From Pirellulales bacterium (GTDB lineage: Bacteria; Planctomycetota; Planctomycetia; Pirellulales; Thermoguttaceae), in NCBI GenBank assembly GCA_963820545.1, contig CAWGAJ010000001.1, forward strand, positions 266,396 through 330,395: a stretch of DNA of 64,000 nt. Reading direction: 5' to 3'. The position numbers and the translations under genes were made by a program. The notes under the pieces are model-generated. The model saw nothing but the letters and a program-made list of their open reading frames with translations, ran no database searches and was not told the origin of the DNA. This document shows positions 8,495 through 16,403 of the stretch, piece after piece. Numbering within the stretch: the first letter of the stretch is position 1; every line of letters starts with the position of its first letter.

Positions 8495-9384
8495 TCTAAT
8501 CCCTCAAAATATGCCTTAACGATGCGTGGAGCATCCAAGACGGGTGACATTAGACCATTCACGCTAAATGACCGGGTACTAGATTGCTGGCATGGAACCC
8601 ATACCCCAGTCCCAACCGGATCGGCCTTATCTCGATTTTTCAACCAGATTTTTTTTGTCTCATGGTCTAATTTTTTCCCGCAAGTCGGGCACTTAAAATA
8701 GGACCGATTGCAGTTAATATCATTTTTATTTTCCCCGCAAATTTCGATTGATTCGGGAAAAAGCATCGTGATAAATTTATGGCAACCGGGGCAACGGAAG
8801 AAATAGAATTCCTGGCTACCTTCCAGAAACCTTTTATGTATCCCTATGTCGGGTTCGGTTGGCGTGCCGGTATAGAAAACGTGAAACTCTTTTTGCCCTA
8901 GTCCGCGTGTCAATGCGTGCTGGATTGCTGCCTCCCCACACAAATCGACTTCATCAACAAACAACCACGGTAGCGGAATAGATGATAGATTGATAATGCT
9001 CTTGGCCCCGAATAAAGCTAAGGTTGCATCGCCCACAGACTTGAGTAATTTAGTATCGACGGTAAACAGATTTTTCAAAAACGGGGTGTGGGCAATCAAA
9101 GTAGAAAGATAAACTTGCCCTAACCGTTCGACCGACTTTTCAGACGGTTCAAGTAGACCGCAAGATTGATGCCGCACGGCAAGTATGTAAACAATCGCGG
9201 CTAAAAATAAAGAAGTACCGCCACTCTGGGCACTCTTTAATAATGCGACAGATTCATTCTGGAAAATTGCTTTCAGAATCTCAATTAAATACGGGTGATT
9301 AGCCAATGTCCAACACCCTGGAAAAGGTGGGGGCATATTTAGTTTATTGTGTTGCAAATAACTGTACGGATCGGGCAATAACAT
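8491..9384 (-). CDS. terminase large subunit, ATPase-domain ORF (GpA-like)
   Basis: Walker A-like KSAQSGGTS, Walker B LFVDEVD, and a zinc ribbon CPGC..CPTC as in lambda gpA-family terminases. Confidence 0.55.
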   Translation of the reverse strand: MLLPDPYSYLQHNKLNMPPPFPGCWTLANHPYLIEILKAIFQNESVALLKSAQSGGTSLFLAAIVYILAVRHQSCGLLEPSEKSVERLGQVYLSTLIAHTPFLKNLFTVDTKLLKSVGDATLALFGAKSIINLSSIPLPWLFVDEVDLCGEAAIQHALTRGLGQKEFHVFYTGTPTEPDIGIHKRFLEGSQEFYFFRCPGCHKFITMLFPESIEICGENKNDINCNRSYFKCPTCGKKLDHETKKIWLKNRDKADPVGTGVWVPCQQSSTRSFSVNGLMSPVLDAPRIVKAYFEGLE

Positions 9385-9385
9385 A

Positions 9386-9910
9386 TTACCTCACAGGCGG
9401 GTTTATAAATGACTCTGGTAAACCTTGCTCTTGATTGATTCGATTGATTGCAATGTATTTTTCTAACTCTTCGATTGTTAAACTTAGATCAGGGGGAAAA
9501 GTCGGCGTCGGGGATGATAACAAAGTAGATCGGATCAGGTTTGCATCTTCACCCGTGAAATTAAATTCAGTGATTGCCCCCGATAGTAACTGTTGGTAGA
9601 CATGTCTTTCGATATTCTCCCTTAAGACCGACCAGGCACATAAGCCGGGGATTAACTTGGCGAAAGTCTGTACGGCAACCGTAACGGTATCAGAATAAAT
9701 CTCAATCAGTCTCTCAGCACTTAACGTCGGGCGTGCCGTTTGTTGATGCTGTTCTAACTCCGCTAGTTCATCTTGGGCTTTCAGATACATTTTTTGGTAT
9801 TGTAATCTTTCGTTGCCCTCAGACTTTTTAATTTGTTTTTTTAGTTCTCTGATTTGTTTTTTCTTAGCTTCTATCATTGGCTTCCTCATATTTAATTTCA
9901 GGCCCGTCAT
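9386..9910 (-). CDS. hypothetical protein (candidate terminase small subunit by position)
   Basis: 174 aa, lysine-rich coiled-coil N-terminus, immediately upstream of the terminase ATPase ORF. Confidence 0.4.
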   Translation of the reverse strand: MTGLKLNMRKPMIEAKKKQIRELKKQIKKSEGNERLQYQKMYLKAQDELAELEQHQQTARPTLSAERLIEIYSDTVTVAVQTFAKLIPGLCAWSVLRENIERHVYQQLLSGAITEFNFTGEDANLIRSTLLSSPTPTFPPDLSLTIEELEKYIAINRINQEQGLPESFINPPVR

Positions 9911-10082
9911 AATCTTTATTTATGGACGGTCGATCATCACGGCGTCTTTGCCCGTTGGAAGAGTATCTAACAGAAATAGAATGGCCCCAAGATGATCCTG
10001 CCACCCAACACTCTTCACATTTTCCATCGTAATATGGTTTTACATCCTTACTTCCGCACACTAAGCAAATAGAATCTGGCAT
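9864..10082 (-). CDS. small zinc-ribbon protein
   Basis: 72 aa with CLVCGS...CEEC; overlaps the downstream gene by 47 nt, so the call is uncertain. Confidence 0.3.
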   Translation of the reverse strand: MPDSICLVCGSKDVKPYYDGKCEECWVAGSSWGHSISVRYSSNGQRRRDDRPSINKDYDGPEIKYEEANDRS

Positions 10083-10168
10083 CTAGTCTCCGAATTGTTT
10101 ATATGGTGGATCAAGCGGGGTATATTTTTAGGGGGTAAAAGTATGCTCCCCGCCCGATCCGTTTATTT

Positions 10169-10558
10169 TTAATTTAATGAGATAGGAGGTAAATAATTTG
10201 TGTCATCGTCTTGCCCATGATAGATTGCATATCGAGGACGTGACGGGTCTTTTGTAAGATCATTTTTCACTACATCTTGGAATGAGTATATATCTGAATA
10301 CATATTATTATTTATTTTAATACCGCCAAACGGGATTGGGATTTCAACGGTGGCAACTACTTTATCGCCGTCTAGTAATTGATAACCGAATTCAAGACGC
10401 TTAATAATCCATCCGTTCTTTTCGGCAACAGGTTGAATTTCTTCCTTGATGTATTTAAGTAAAAATTTTCGGTAACGATAGACGGTTTTATACAGTTTAC
10501 CTATTTCAAAAAAAATACAGTTCAAAAAATACAGTTTGTCAATTTCTTTGTCAGTCAT
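10169..10558 (-). CDS. hypothetical protein
   Basis: 129-aa ORF, AT-rich phage context. Confidence 0.45.
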   Translation of the reverse strand: MTDKEIDKLYFLNCIFFEIGKLYKTVYRYRKFLLKYIKEEIQPVAEKNGWIIKRLEFGYQLLDGDKVVATVEIPIPFGGIKINNNMYSDIYSFQDVVKNDLTKDPSRPRYAIYHGQDDDTNYLPPISLN

Positions 10559-10564
10559 TTTTTC

Positions 10565-11074
10565 TTAATAATCAGGATGATTCACGCATAAAACTTTGAA
10601 TCTCTGCTTGCTATACATGAGAACTTCATGGGGTTTGCTTTTCCATTTTAGACATTTTCGGCGTAAATTAAATGTATGGAATGAGCAACTTTCCCCCTTG
10701 ACGTATAGACAACAATAAATATGCCATGCCGAATGCCACCCATTCTCAAACCAATACACTCGTTTCCCATATCTATAATTAAATGTTTTTTCAAGCGAAC
10801 CCGTTGCTTTATAACGGCGATAGGCAGTTGATAAACTGATTTTGGCTTCATCCCCCAATTGTGCATGAGCTTCCTTCATTGAATTACACGATACTACTTC
10901 CGGGATTTCATACTTTGCTTTTTTCTCTGGATTCTTTAATACTGCCTGTTCCAGGTCCATGCCCCGATGCCGTCTTTCTTTTAACACCTCATAAGACACG
11001 AAACATGCGTTTCTGTCTTCACTTAACTTTCGGAGTGACGGGTAAGTCTTTCCATGTAATTCAACTGGTATCAT
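10565..11074 (-). CDS. hypothetical protein
   Basis: 169-aa ORF. Confidence 0.45.
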   Translation of the reverse strand: MIPVELHGKTYPSLRKLSEDRNACFVSYEVLKERRHRGMDLEQAVLKNPEKKAKYEIPEVVSCNSMKEAHAQLGDEAKISLSTAYRRYKATGSLEKTFNYRYGKRVYWFENGWHSAWHIYCCLYVKGESCSFHTFNLRRKCLKWKSKPHEVLMYSKQRFKVLCVNHPDY

Positions 11075-11310
11075 GCCACTTCCAAAATTTTTCCATCGAC
11101 CACTTCATAATCATGGCATAGTTGCAAACCCACTATGTGGATTTTGCCCTGCCATATTCCGGCCTCAAAACCGAGGTTGCACAGTGACGCCAATAACACG
11201 TCGGCTGTCCACGGCTCGGTCGATTCTCGGTTTATGGCCGCTAGAATTTCGTCCAGGGCGGTCAATTGCCCGAATTCGGTCCGCTCATGGATAAAGTCAA
11301 TCAGTTTCAT
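11071..11310 (-). CDS. hypothetical protein
   Basis: 79-aa ORF, 4-nt overlap with the downstream gene. Confidence 0.4.
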   Translation of the reverse strand: MKLIDFIHERTEFGQLTALDEILAAINRESTEPWTADVLLASLCNLGFEAGIWQGKIHIVGLQLCHDYEVVDGKILEVA

Positions 11311-11387
11311 TGTTCACCTCGTTTCATAATTCTTCTCTCTACTTCTATCTCTAGCTAATAAGGGGTTGTTTTTTTCAATAATTAAAA

Positions 11388-11750
11388 TTATTTTTTCGAT
11401 TTTTTCGTAAGTCCGCCTGATCTATCACCTTTACGTTCCTTGATGATTGCATTCCAGACGGATTTATTGAGGTATCCCACGGCTGTATGATGGTTATTTA
11501 ATTTGTCAATGGCACCCGTAAGAGCAAGCATTGCCGCCTGGAATAGGTCATTAGGATCGACGCCGTAGGGATTCCCCTTTTTCATCACGGTATGGACCAT
11601 CTTGGCAATGCGTTTTTGGAAACCGTCAAGCAACTCCTGACGTGCCCAATCCTTCTTATAGTCATGGGTAATACAGCCGGCCAGAAAGCGGACTTCAGGT
11701 GCAGTGAGACCGGGAGGCAGTTCAAAGGGAAGATCAAGGATTTGTCGCAA
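11388..11750 (-). CDS. hypothetical protein (possible phage regulator)
   Basis: 120-aa ORF, first gene of the leftward transcription unit next to the control region. Confidence 0.45.
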   Translation of the reverse strand: MRQILDLPFELPPGLTAPEVRFLAGCITHDYKKDWARQELLDGFQKRIAKMVHTVMKKGNPYGVDPNDLFQAAMLALTGAIDKLNNHHTAVGYLNKSVWNAIIKERKGDRSGGLTKKSKK

Positions 11751-11936
11751 GATGCAAGAGGCAGTCTACACAGACTGTTTGCCCGACCTTGACGGGCACG
11801 GCCCCAAACGGGCAAGACGGCCCGAAAGAGTAAGTATATTGATTCAATTATCTATATCTATTATACATGATAAAATGGGAATGTCAAGTAAAATAGTTAA
11901 AATTGATTTTTAGCGTGTAAATAAAGTCTTGCGCCT

Positions 11937-12226
11937 AAACGGTAACAGGAATTCTCACGACAGTTTTAGTTTGACTTGTCATAAGTCTATGGCATGTCGC
12001 AGGTTATCATCAAACGGTAACAGGAATTCTCACATTTGTTGTTGAACTTGGGTTACTTTCTATATTAGAACAGGCTCATTTAAAAAATCAGTTCTCCGAT
12101 ATGGGAAATAAGAGAAGTTCAACAACAAATGTGAGAATTCCTGTTACTTTTTCGCGTAACTCCCTGATATATAAGGAGTTAGAATAATGACAAGTATAAC
12201 TGTCGTGAGAATTCCTGTTACCGTTT
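11937..12226. promoter_or_regulatory. nested inverted-repeat array (operator, iteron or origin-like) in the island's divergent control region
   Basis: A1 11937..11963 pairs with A1' 12200..12226 (27 bp); B1 12013..12047 pairs with B1' 12117..12147 (31 bp perfect); shared core GGTAACAGGAATTCTCAC. Confidence 0.6.
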
Positions 12227-13002
12227 TTACCATTAAACCACTTGCAGGCATCGCGGTTGCTCGCGGTTTTTCTTATTTCGCGGTTAAATTTTGCAAATAA
12301 AGTCAATTCAATCATTATAAACTAAGAAATGATTTTACATGACAAAGGTATTGATGATTGAAAAGAAGCCCCGGATCGACCGGCAAAAGTCCATTTATCC
12401 TTGACTTTTAAGGATAACAAGCCGGATTCTTTTTACAACTCTTTATCTATCAAAGACTTATGAATAGAAAGCAACTGGACTATTTGTCCAATGAAGCTAT
12501 GATTCTGGCCCCATTTTAGGGAGGGTGGGTCAAATCAATTAAACGAATCAAAAGGGTTGTAACGATTGTAGGGGCGGGCTGTCCTTGGGTCAGATACAGT
12601 CAAAAAAACCGATTAAAAAAGACGCCAGAAACAGTGTAAAAAGAGCCATTTTTCGATCAAAATTGATTAAAAACAGCTATTTTTGTATAAAAAGCGCCAA
12701 AGAAGCCAGATTCTTTATGCTGTGCTCTATTTAATGTTTAATCTGGCCGTCTAGGATCGCTGTATACAGCGTCTTGCAGGTGGGGTCGATCCAATTTCCC
12801 TACCTTTTCATATTGGGCGTATTACGCTGTCTGGGATTGGTATAGGAATTGCATATCCTATGCCGGAACCGTGGAATATGTGGTTTTTGTTGAATTTAGG
12901 CAACCCAATGATGTTAAATCAGCACAGTAAAGTTACAATCGTCACAAACGTTACAACTGCAACACTAATAGTCAAAAGTACCAGAAAATGCAATGGAAAC
13001 AG

Positions 13003-13030
13003 TTGACAAACGATGAAACAGTGGTATACT
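13003..13030 (+). promoter_or_regulatory. sigma70-like promoter
   Basis: TTGACA, 16-nt spacer, TATACT, about 65 nt upstream of the 13095 start. Confidence 0.5.
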
Positions 13031-13094
13031 TAAGATAGAGTTACGATAGGAACTACACCCTGAGCATGGAGCCACAAAAACTGGAGACAGTGTT

Positions 13095-13463
13095 ATGAGT
13101 AAGAAGAAAGTAAAAGCGGAGCCTGAGAGGCAGCCAACAAAGCTACTAGTAGTAGACGTGGTGCCAGCGAACTCAAGGCGGTATTCGCATTATCCGTTGA
13201 ATGCGACAAAGGCGGAAAAGAAAATCATCGACGCCGAAAACATCCGAACTGATGACGCGGAAGCGTTGATCGACCCCGACATCTTGGAAGAACTGGACGG
13301 CGAACTCGACAGCATCGGTCAAGAGGCGATTGAACAGCAAACTGATTTGCTGTATGAAGCATTCGCTAAGGCTGGCATCGACAAACCGACTGAGAAGCAA
13401 CTCCAAACGGTAGTCAACGGATTGAATTGTGAATATCCCGTCCCCTATTTTTGCGACATTTAA
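13095..13463 (+). CDS. hypothetical acidic protein
   Basis: 122-aa ORF, first gene of the rightward unit. Confidence 0.45.
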   Translation: MSKKKVKAEPERQPTKLLVVDVVPANSRRYSHYPLNATKAEKKIIDAENIRTDDAEALIDPDILEELDGELDSIGQEAIEQQTDLLYEAFAKAGIDKPTEKQLQTVVNGLNCEYPVPYFCDI

Positions 13464-13527
13464 CGGAGTCGCATGGGCGGGGTCTTGAAAAGATAGCCCC
13501 GCTCAATTTTTTAATAAGGTATTAAAG

Positions 13528-13767
13528 ATGGAACCCCAGTATTTAACAATCAAGGAAATCGCGGAACAGTTGCATCTAGCAACTGTGACTATTTACCGTG
13601 CTATCGACGATGGAAGATTAAAAGCATTCAAGTTTGGCCGTGGCCGTGGTGGTTGGCGAGTCAACGTGGATGATTTTCGTAAGTGGGTGGAGAGTTGCAC
13701 CCATGAGCAACAGCAAAGAACCCTTTTTGACAGTAACCCAGTAATGGAGGACACAAAACCAGAGTAA
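13528..13767 (+). CDS. excisionase-family DNA-binding protein (Xis-like HTH)
   Basis: LTIKEIAEQLHLATVTIYRAIDDGRLKAFKFG matches the excisionase/MerR-like HTH pattern; lies near attR. Confidence 0.6.
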   Translation: MEPQYLTIKEIAEQLHLATVTIYRAIDDGRLKAFKFGRGRGGWRVNVDDFRKWVESCTHEQQQRTLFDSNPVMEDTKPE

Positions 13768-13773
13768 AGAATT

Positions 13774-13944
13774 ATGTCAAGTCCAAGTCTTAAACGTGCA
13801 AACATAAGAAAAACCAAATACCCTAGTCATTATCACTATGAGTGCAAGGAATGTGGAACCGGATGGCTTATTTTACGTGATAAAAATGGGCATCGGCCAC
13901 GGGGTTGGTGGAAGTGTCCAAACGGGTGTAACGATCAACAATAA
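13774..13944 (+). CDS. small zinc-ribbon protein
   Basis: 56-aa ORF (below the ORF-track cutoff) with CKEC..CPNGC. Confidence 0.3.
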   Translation: MSSPSLKRANIRKTKYPSHYHYECKECGTGWLILRDKNGHRPRGWWKCPNGCNDQQ

Positions 13945-13980
13945 CAAGGTGAATGGATACCCTAAACCAGGTGCTACTAT

Positions 13981-14163
13981 GTGTCAACAAATAATGAATG
14001 GCTTACGGTCAATGAGTATGCTGCAATGTGGGGCGTCTCTGCAAAGACCATCTATCGTCTAATAAACAAGACGCAATTGTCAGTGCAACGGATCGGCAGA
14101 GCAATTAGGATTCACTGTCAAACGATACCGATTGACAAACCACAGCCTCTTAGACGCCTTTGA
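13981..14163 (+). CDS. second excisionase-family HTH protein
   Basis: LTVNEYAAMWGVSAKTIYRLINKTQL..RIGRAIRI. Confidence 0.5.
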   Translation: MSTNNEWLTVNEYAAMWGVSAKTIYRLINKTQLSVQRIGRAIRIHCQTIPIDKPQPLRRL

Positions 14164-14280
14164 TTATCCCTGTTTATCCCTGGAATGGTGTCCAAAAGCG
14201 TCAAAAACAGGGTAAAAATCACGGTCTTTTACCGCGTCGAATCTGCCGATAGATAAGGACTTACATCAATTGCTTGATTC

Positions 14281-14320
14281 GATTTTCAGTCCAGTGCTCT
14301 ACCAACTGAGCTACCTGTCC
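14281..14320. repeat. attR-like 40-bp direct repeat (orphan copy of the tRNA-Phe 5' half)
   Basis: identical to 1370..1409. Confidence 0.8.
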
Positions 14321-14321
14321 G

Positions 14322-14400
14322 TAACTCGTAAGACGACTTTTAAAGTCGTCCTACAGTAACCGTAAATCGTAAGACGACTTTTAAAGTCGTCCTACAGTAA
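14322..14400. repeat. two tandem copies of a 39-bp unit containing a hairpin
   Basis: CGTAAGACGACTTTTAAAGTCGTCCTACAGTAA occurs twice; each holds a GACGACTTT/AAAGTCGTC stem. Confidence 0.6.
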
Positions 14401-14580
14401 TATATAATCGCCAATCGGGAAACGCTCATAATAAAGGTAAGGCGAAAGCTTGTCAATTGGGGCATAACTCCATGCACGGCAACGCATTACTGCCGAAATA
14501 AAACGCCCGCCCAACACCCTTTCTATAAGCGTCATTTTTGTGCCAACCTCCGCAGCGGATGCAGGGGATTGCATTCTTTA

Positions 14581-14776
14581 GGCCTGGAGGGCCGAAGTAG
14601 TGTAGCCAGGGACGCAAGTCCCTGGGGAGAGTTTATAACCTACTGAAAAGCCCCGGAGGGGCGGCGTACATGAATCGTTTTCGGCATCCTATGTCGCCCT
14701 TTCAGGGCTGCATCCGAAGAATCAATACGTTCCGGTGGCTTACGCCACCGGCTACACAATATCGGCCCTCCGGGCC
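14581..14776. ncRNA. candidate GC-rich structured RNA (unclassified; strand unknown)
   Basis: 5' arm GGCCTGGAGGGCCGAAGTAGTGTAGCC (14581..14607) pairs with 3' arm GGCTACACAATATCGGCCCTCCGGGCC (14750..14776); internal hairpins CAGGGAC..GTCCCTG and CCGGTGGC..GCCACCGG; about 58% GC in a 40% GC context. Confidence 0.35.
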
Positions 14777-14995
14777 TAACGCAATTTTCCCCACACAACC
14801 CAACGTAAAAGGCTAGAGCAGTGCTCAGGATGATGTAGCGTCCGTTTAGCCCGGTCGCTTGCGACCGGTGAATTTTCCCCGGGAATATGCTCCGCTACAC
14901 CATGTTGAACAGCGTTCTAAATAGTTACAAACAGTATATGCCCACCCCGATGAAAACTATATGCAACAAGCATTGCAACAGGTGGTAGGCGATCT

Positions 14996-15187
14996 ATGAA
15001 AAAATTCGATCCCGAAACATTCATCAATCTGAGACTGCTTGGCGTCGATCCGGCAACCAGTATTGCAGCATCGCTTGAGGATAAACCGCCTGAGAAAAAA
15101 CCGCCAAAGCCAATCCCTTATATTTCTCCCCTTCTAGTTGTCTTGATTGCAATTATTTTCATTCTACTTTGCTTGGGCAGATTCTAA
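14996..15187 (+). CDS. small membrane protein (paralogue of island gene 2617..2814)
   Basis: 63 aa, same architecture: FDxETFIN..G.DP.TS, a Pro/Lys linker, and a C-terminal TM helix. Confidence 0.5.
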   Translation: MKKFDPETFINLRLLGVDPATSIAASLEDKPPEKKPPKPIPYISPLLVVLIAIIFILLCLGRF

Positions 15188-15201
15188 CCATGCCTAAAGG
15201 A

Positions 15202-15393
15202 TTAGTCCCGTAAGCCTATTAGTGTAGTAATTTGCACGCAAGAATTCTTCTTGGGTTTCTTTTTACTTGACGAATTGAATTGACGAACGGCTAAAACTAA
15301 TTCCTCTTTTGTGAGTGCCCGATACGCGAATACTTCATATCGGATATTCTTGCTGTTATCACGCAAGACGTTTTTAATGTTTGGAAGTTCCAT
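15202..15393 (-). CDS. hypothetical protein
   Basis: 63-aa ORF, AT-rich. Confidence 0.3.
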   Translation of the reverse strand: MELPNIKNVLRDNSKNIRYEVFAYRALTKEELVLAVRQFNSSSKKKPKKNSCVQITTLIGLRD

Positions 15394-15534
15394 TTTATGA
15401 AATTCCTTTCTTTTCGTCTTTTTAAGTCATACACATTGTATCAAGTTTGTATATTAGAGCAAATAGAAAAATCTGCCAGTCTCCACAGCCCGTCCTTGGT
15501 TTGCTTTCCCGCCTCCATATCTTAGCCTGGTCGA

Positions 15535-16062
15535 ATGTGGTATAAAAGAGTAGGGGTAACAAGTATGGACAAAAAGAATACTATTCTTCTACCGCCGTTG
15601 CCGCAAACAACAATGCTGGGCAATCACAGCCCGTCTACAAAACCGTGGTATCGTTCTAAATGGTCTGTTTTTGCAGCAACACTCGTTCTATCCTTTTTAG
15701 CCGTAGTTGTGTTGCTCATCTTGTTTCATAATCGAGAAGATGAATGGACTCTAGTATCGCACAACCACCGTGAAATACTTGGAAAAATGAGCAAGGATGA
15801 TCCCGATTTTTCCCGAGAGAAAACTCATTTTGTTGATACATACAATCGTTTTACTGGAAAAATAATTTACCGTGAAATCTGTCATTACGATGACAAACAT
15901 GAACTTGTTTCGGTGGCCCAAGGCCCCATGAGTCCAGGGAATAACCCCCACGGTGAATGGCAACTTGTGCTTTTCAATCCTGATCGACTTGTGCGTATTT
16001 GGTATTGGTATGGTGAGACAATCACTGAGGCGGACTGGGTTAGTCGAAATAAAAATAAATGA
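15535..16062 (+). CDS. hypothetical membrane-anchored protein
   Basis: 175 aa, one TM helix near the N-terminus (VFAATLVLSFLAVVVLLILF). Confidence 0.5.
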   Translation: MWYKRVGVTSMDKKNTILLPPLPQTTMLGNHSPSTKPWYRSKWSVFAATLVLSFLAVVVLLILFHNREDEWTLVSHNHREILGKMSKDDPDFSREKTHFVDTYNRFTGKIIYREICHYDDKHELVSVAQGPMSPGNNPHGEWQLVLFNPDRLVRIWYWYGETITEADWVSRNKNK

Positions 16063-16241
16063 TTACTGTTCCCGCCTATTCCGATAAGAAGGCCCCACAG
16101 GCTAGACACAAGACAGAAAATCAGCGCAAGATGTTTTACTGACTCCAATCACCACGTCTATTTTACACTTTCTAAAAACCAGCCGCCGGTGGCAAATATA
16201 TGCCGACTTCCGTACTCTATTCCCTTTAGATTAGAATAACT

Positions 16242-16285
16242 GGGGACTGTCCCAATTTTTGCGCAGCAAAAATGGGACTGTCCCC
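16242..16285. repeat. 44-bp palindromic mini-element, copy A (GGGGACTGTCCC-AATTTTTGCGCAGCAAAAAT-GGGACTGTCCCC)
   Basis: near-perfect palindrome; related copies at 16307..16345 and inside bioA at 17007..17068. Confidence 0.7.
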
Positions 16286-16306
16286 TTAACGGTGAAGATT
16301 AAACTT

Positions 16307-16345
16307 GGGAACTGTTACGTTTTTCGCGCAGCAAAATGCGACTCC
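16307..16345. repeat. degenerate copy B of the palindromic mini-element
   Basis: GGGAACTGTTACGTTTTTCGCGCAGCAAAATGCGACTCCC. Confidence 0.5.
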
Positions 16346-16403
16346 CATTTTCGCGTAGTAAAAACCGACCATCACCTTCCAATGATCCTCTTCCACCCAA
16401 ATT

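Noticed and set aside
11755-11830. GC-rich patch with small hairpins (TGCCCG-accttga-CGGGCA) upstream of gene 11388..11750 as a distinct RNA element
   Set aside because: Only short local stems, no long-range pairing or repeats. Probably just the promoter or leader of the leftward operon.
14392-14574. 60-aa minus-strand ORF
   Set aside because: Overlaps the tandem hairpin repeats and the 5' side of the GC-rich structured region; better explained as non-coding.
14581-14776. Identification of the GC-rich structured region as tmRNA, SRP RNA, RNase P RNA, 6S RNA or a hammerhead ribozyme
   Set aside because: No tRNA-like T-arm or CCA end, no SRP domain-IV GGAA/AGCAG motif, no RNase P P4 sequences, no CUGANGA...GAAA core. 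The structure alone does not identify the family.
16252-16295. The 44-bp palindrome upstream of bioA as a BirA/bioO-like biotin operator
   Set aside because: The same element occurs inside the bioA coding sequence and as a decayed tandem copy, which fits a mobile palindromic element better than a dedicated operator. Dual use is not excluded.
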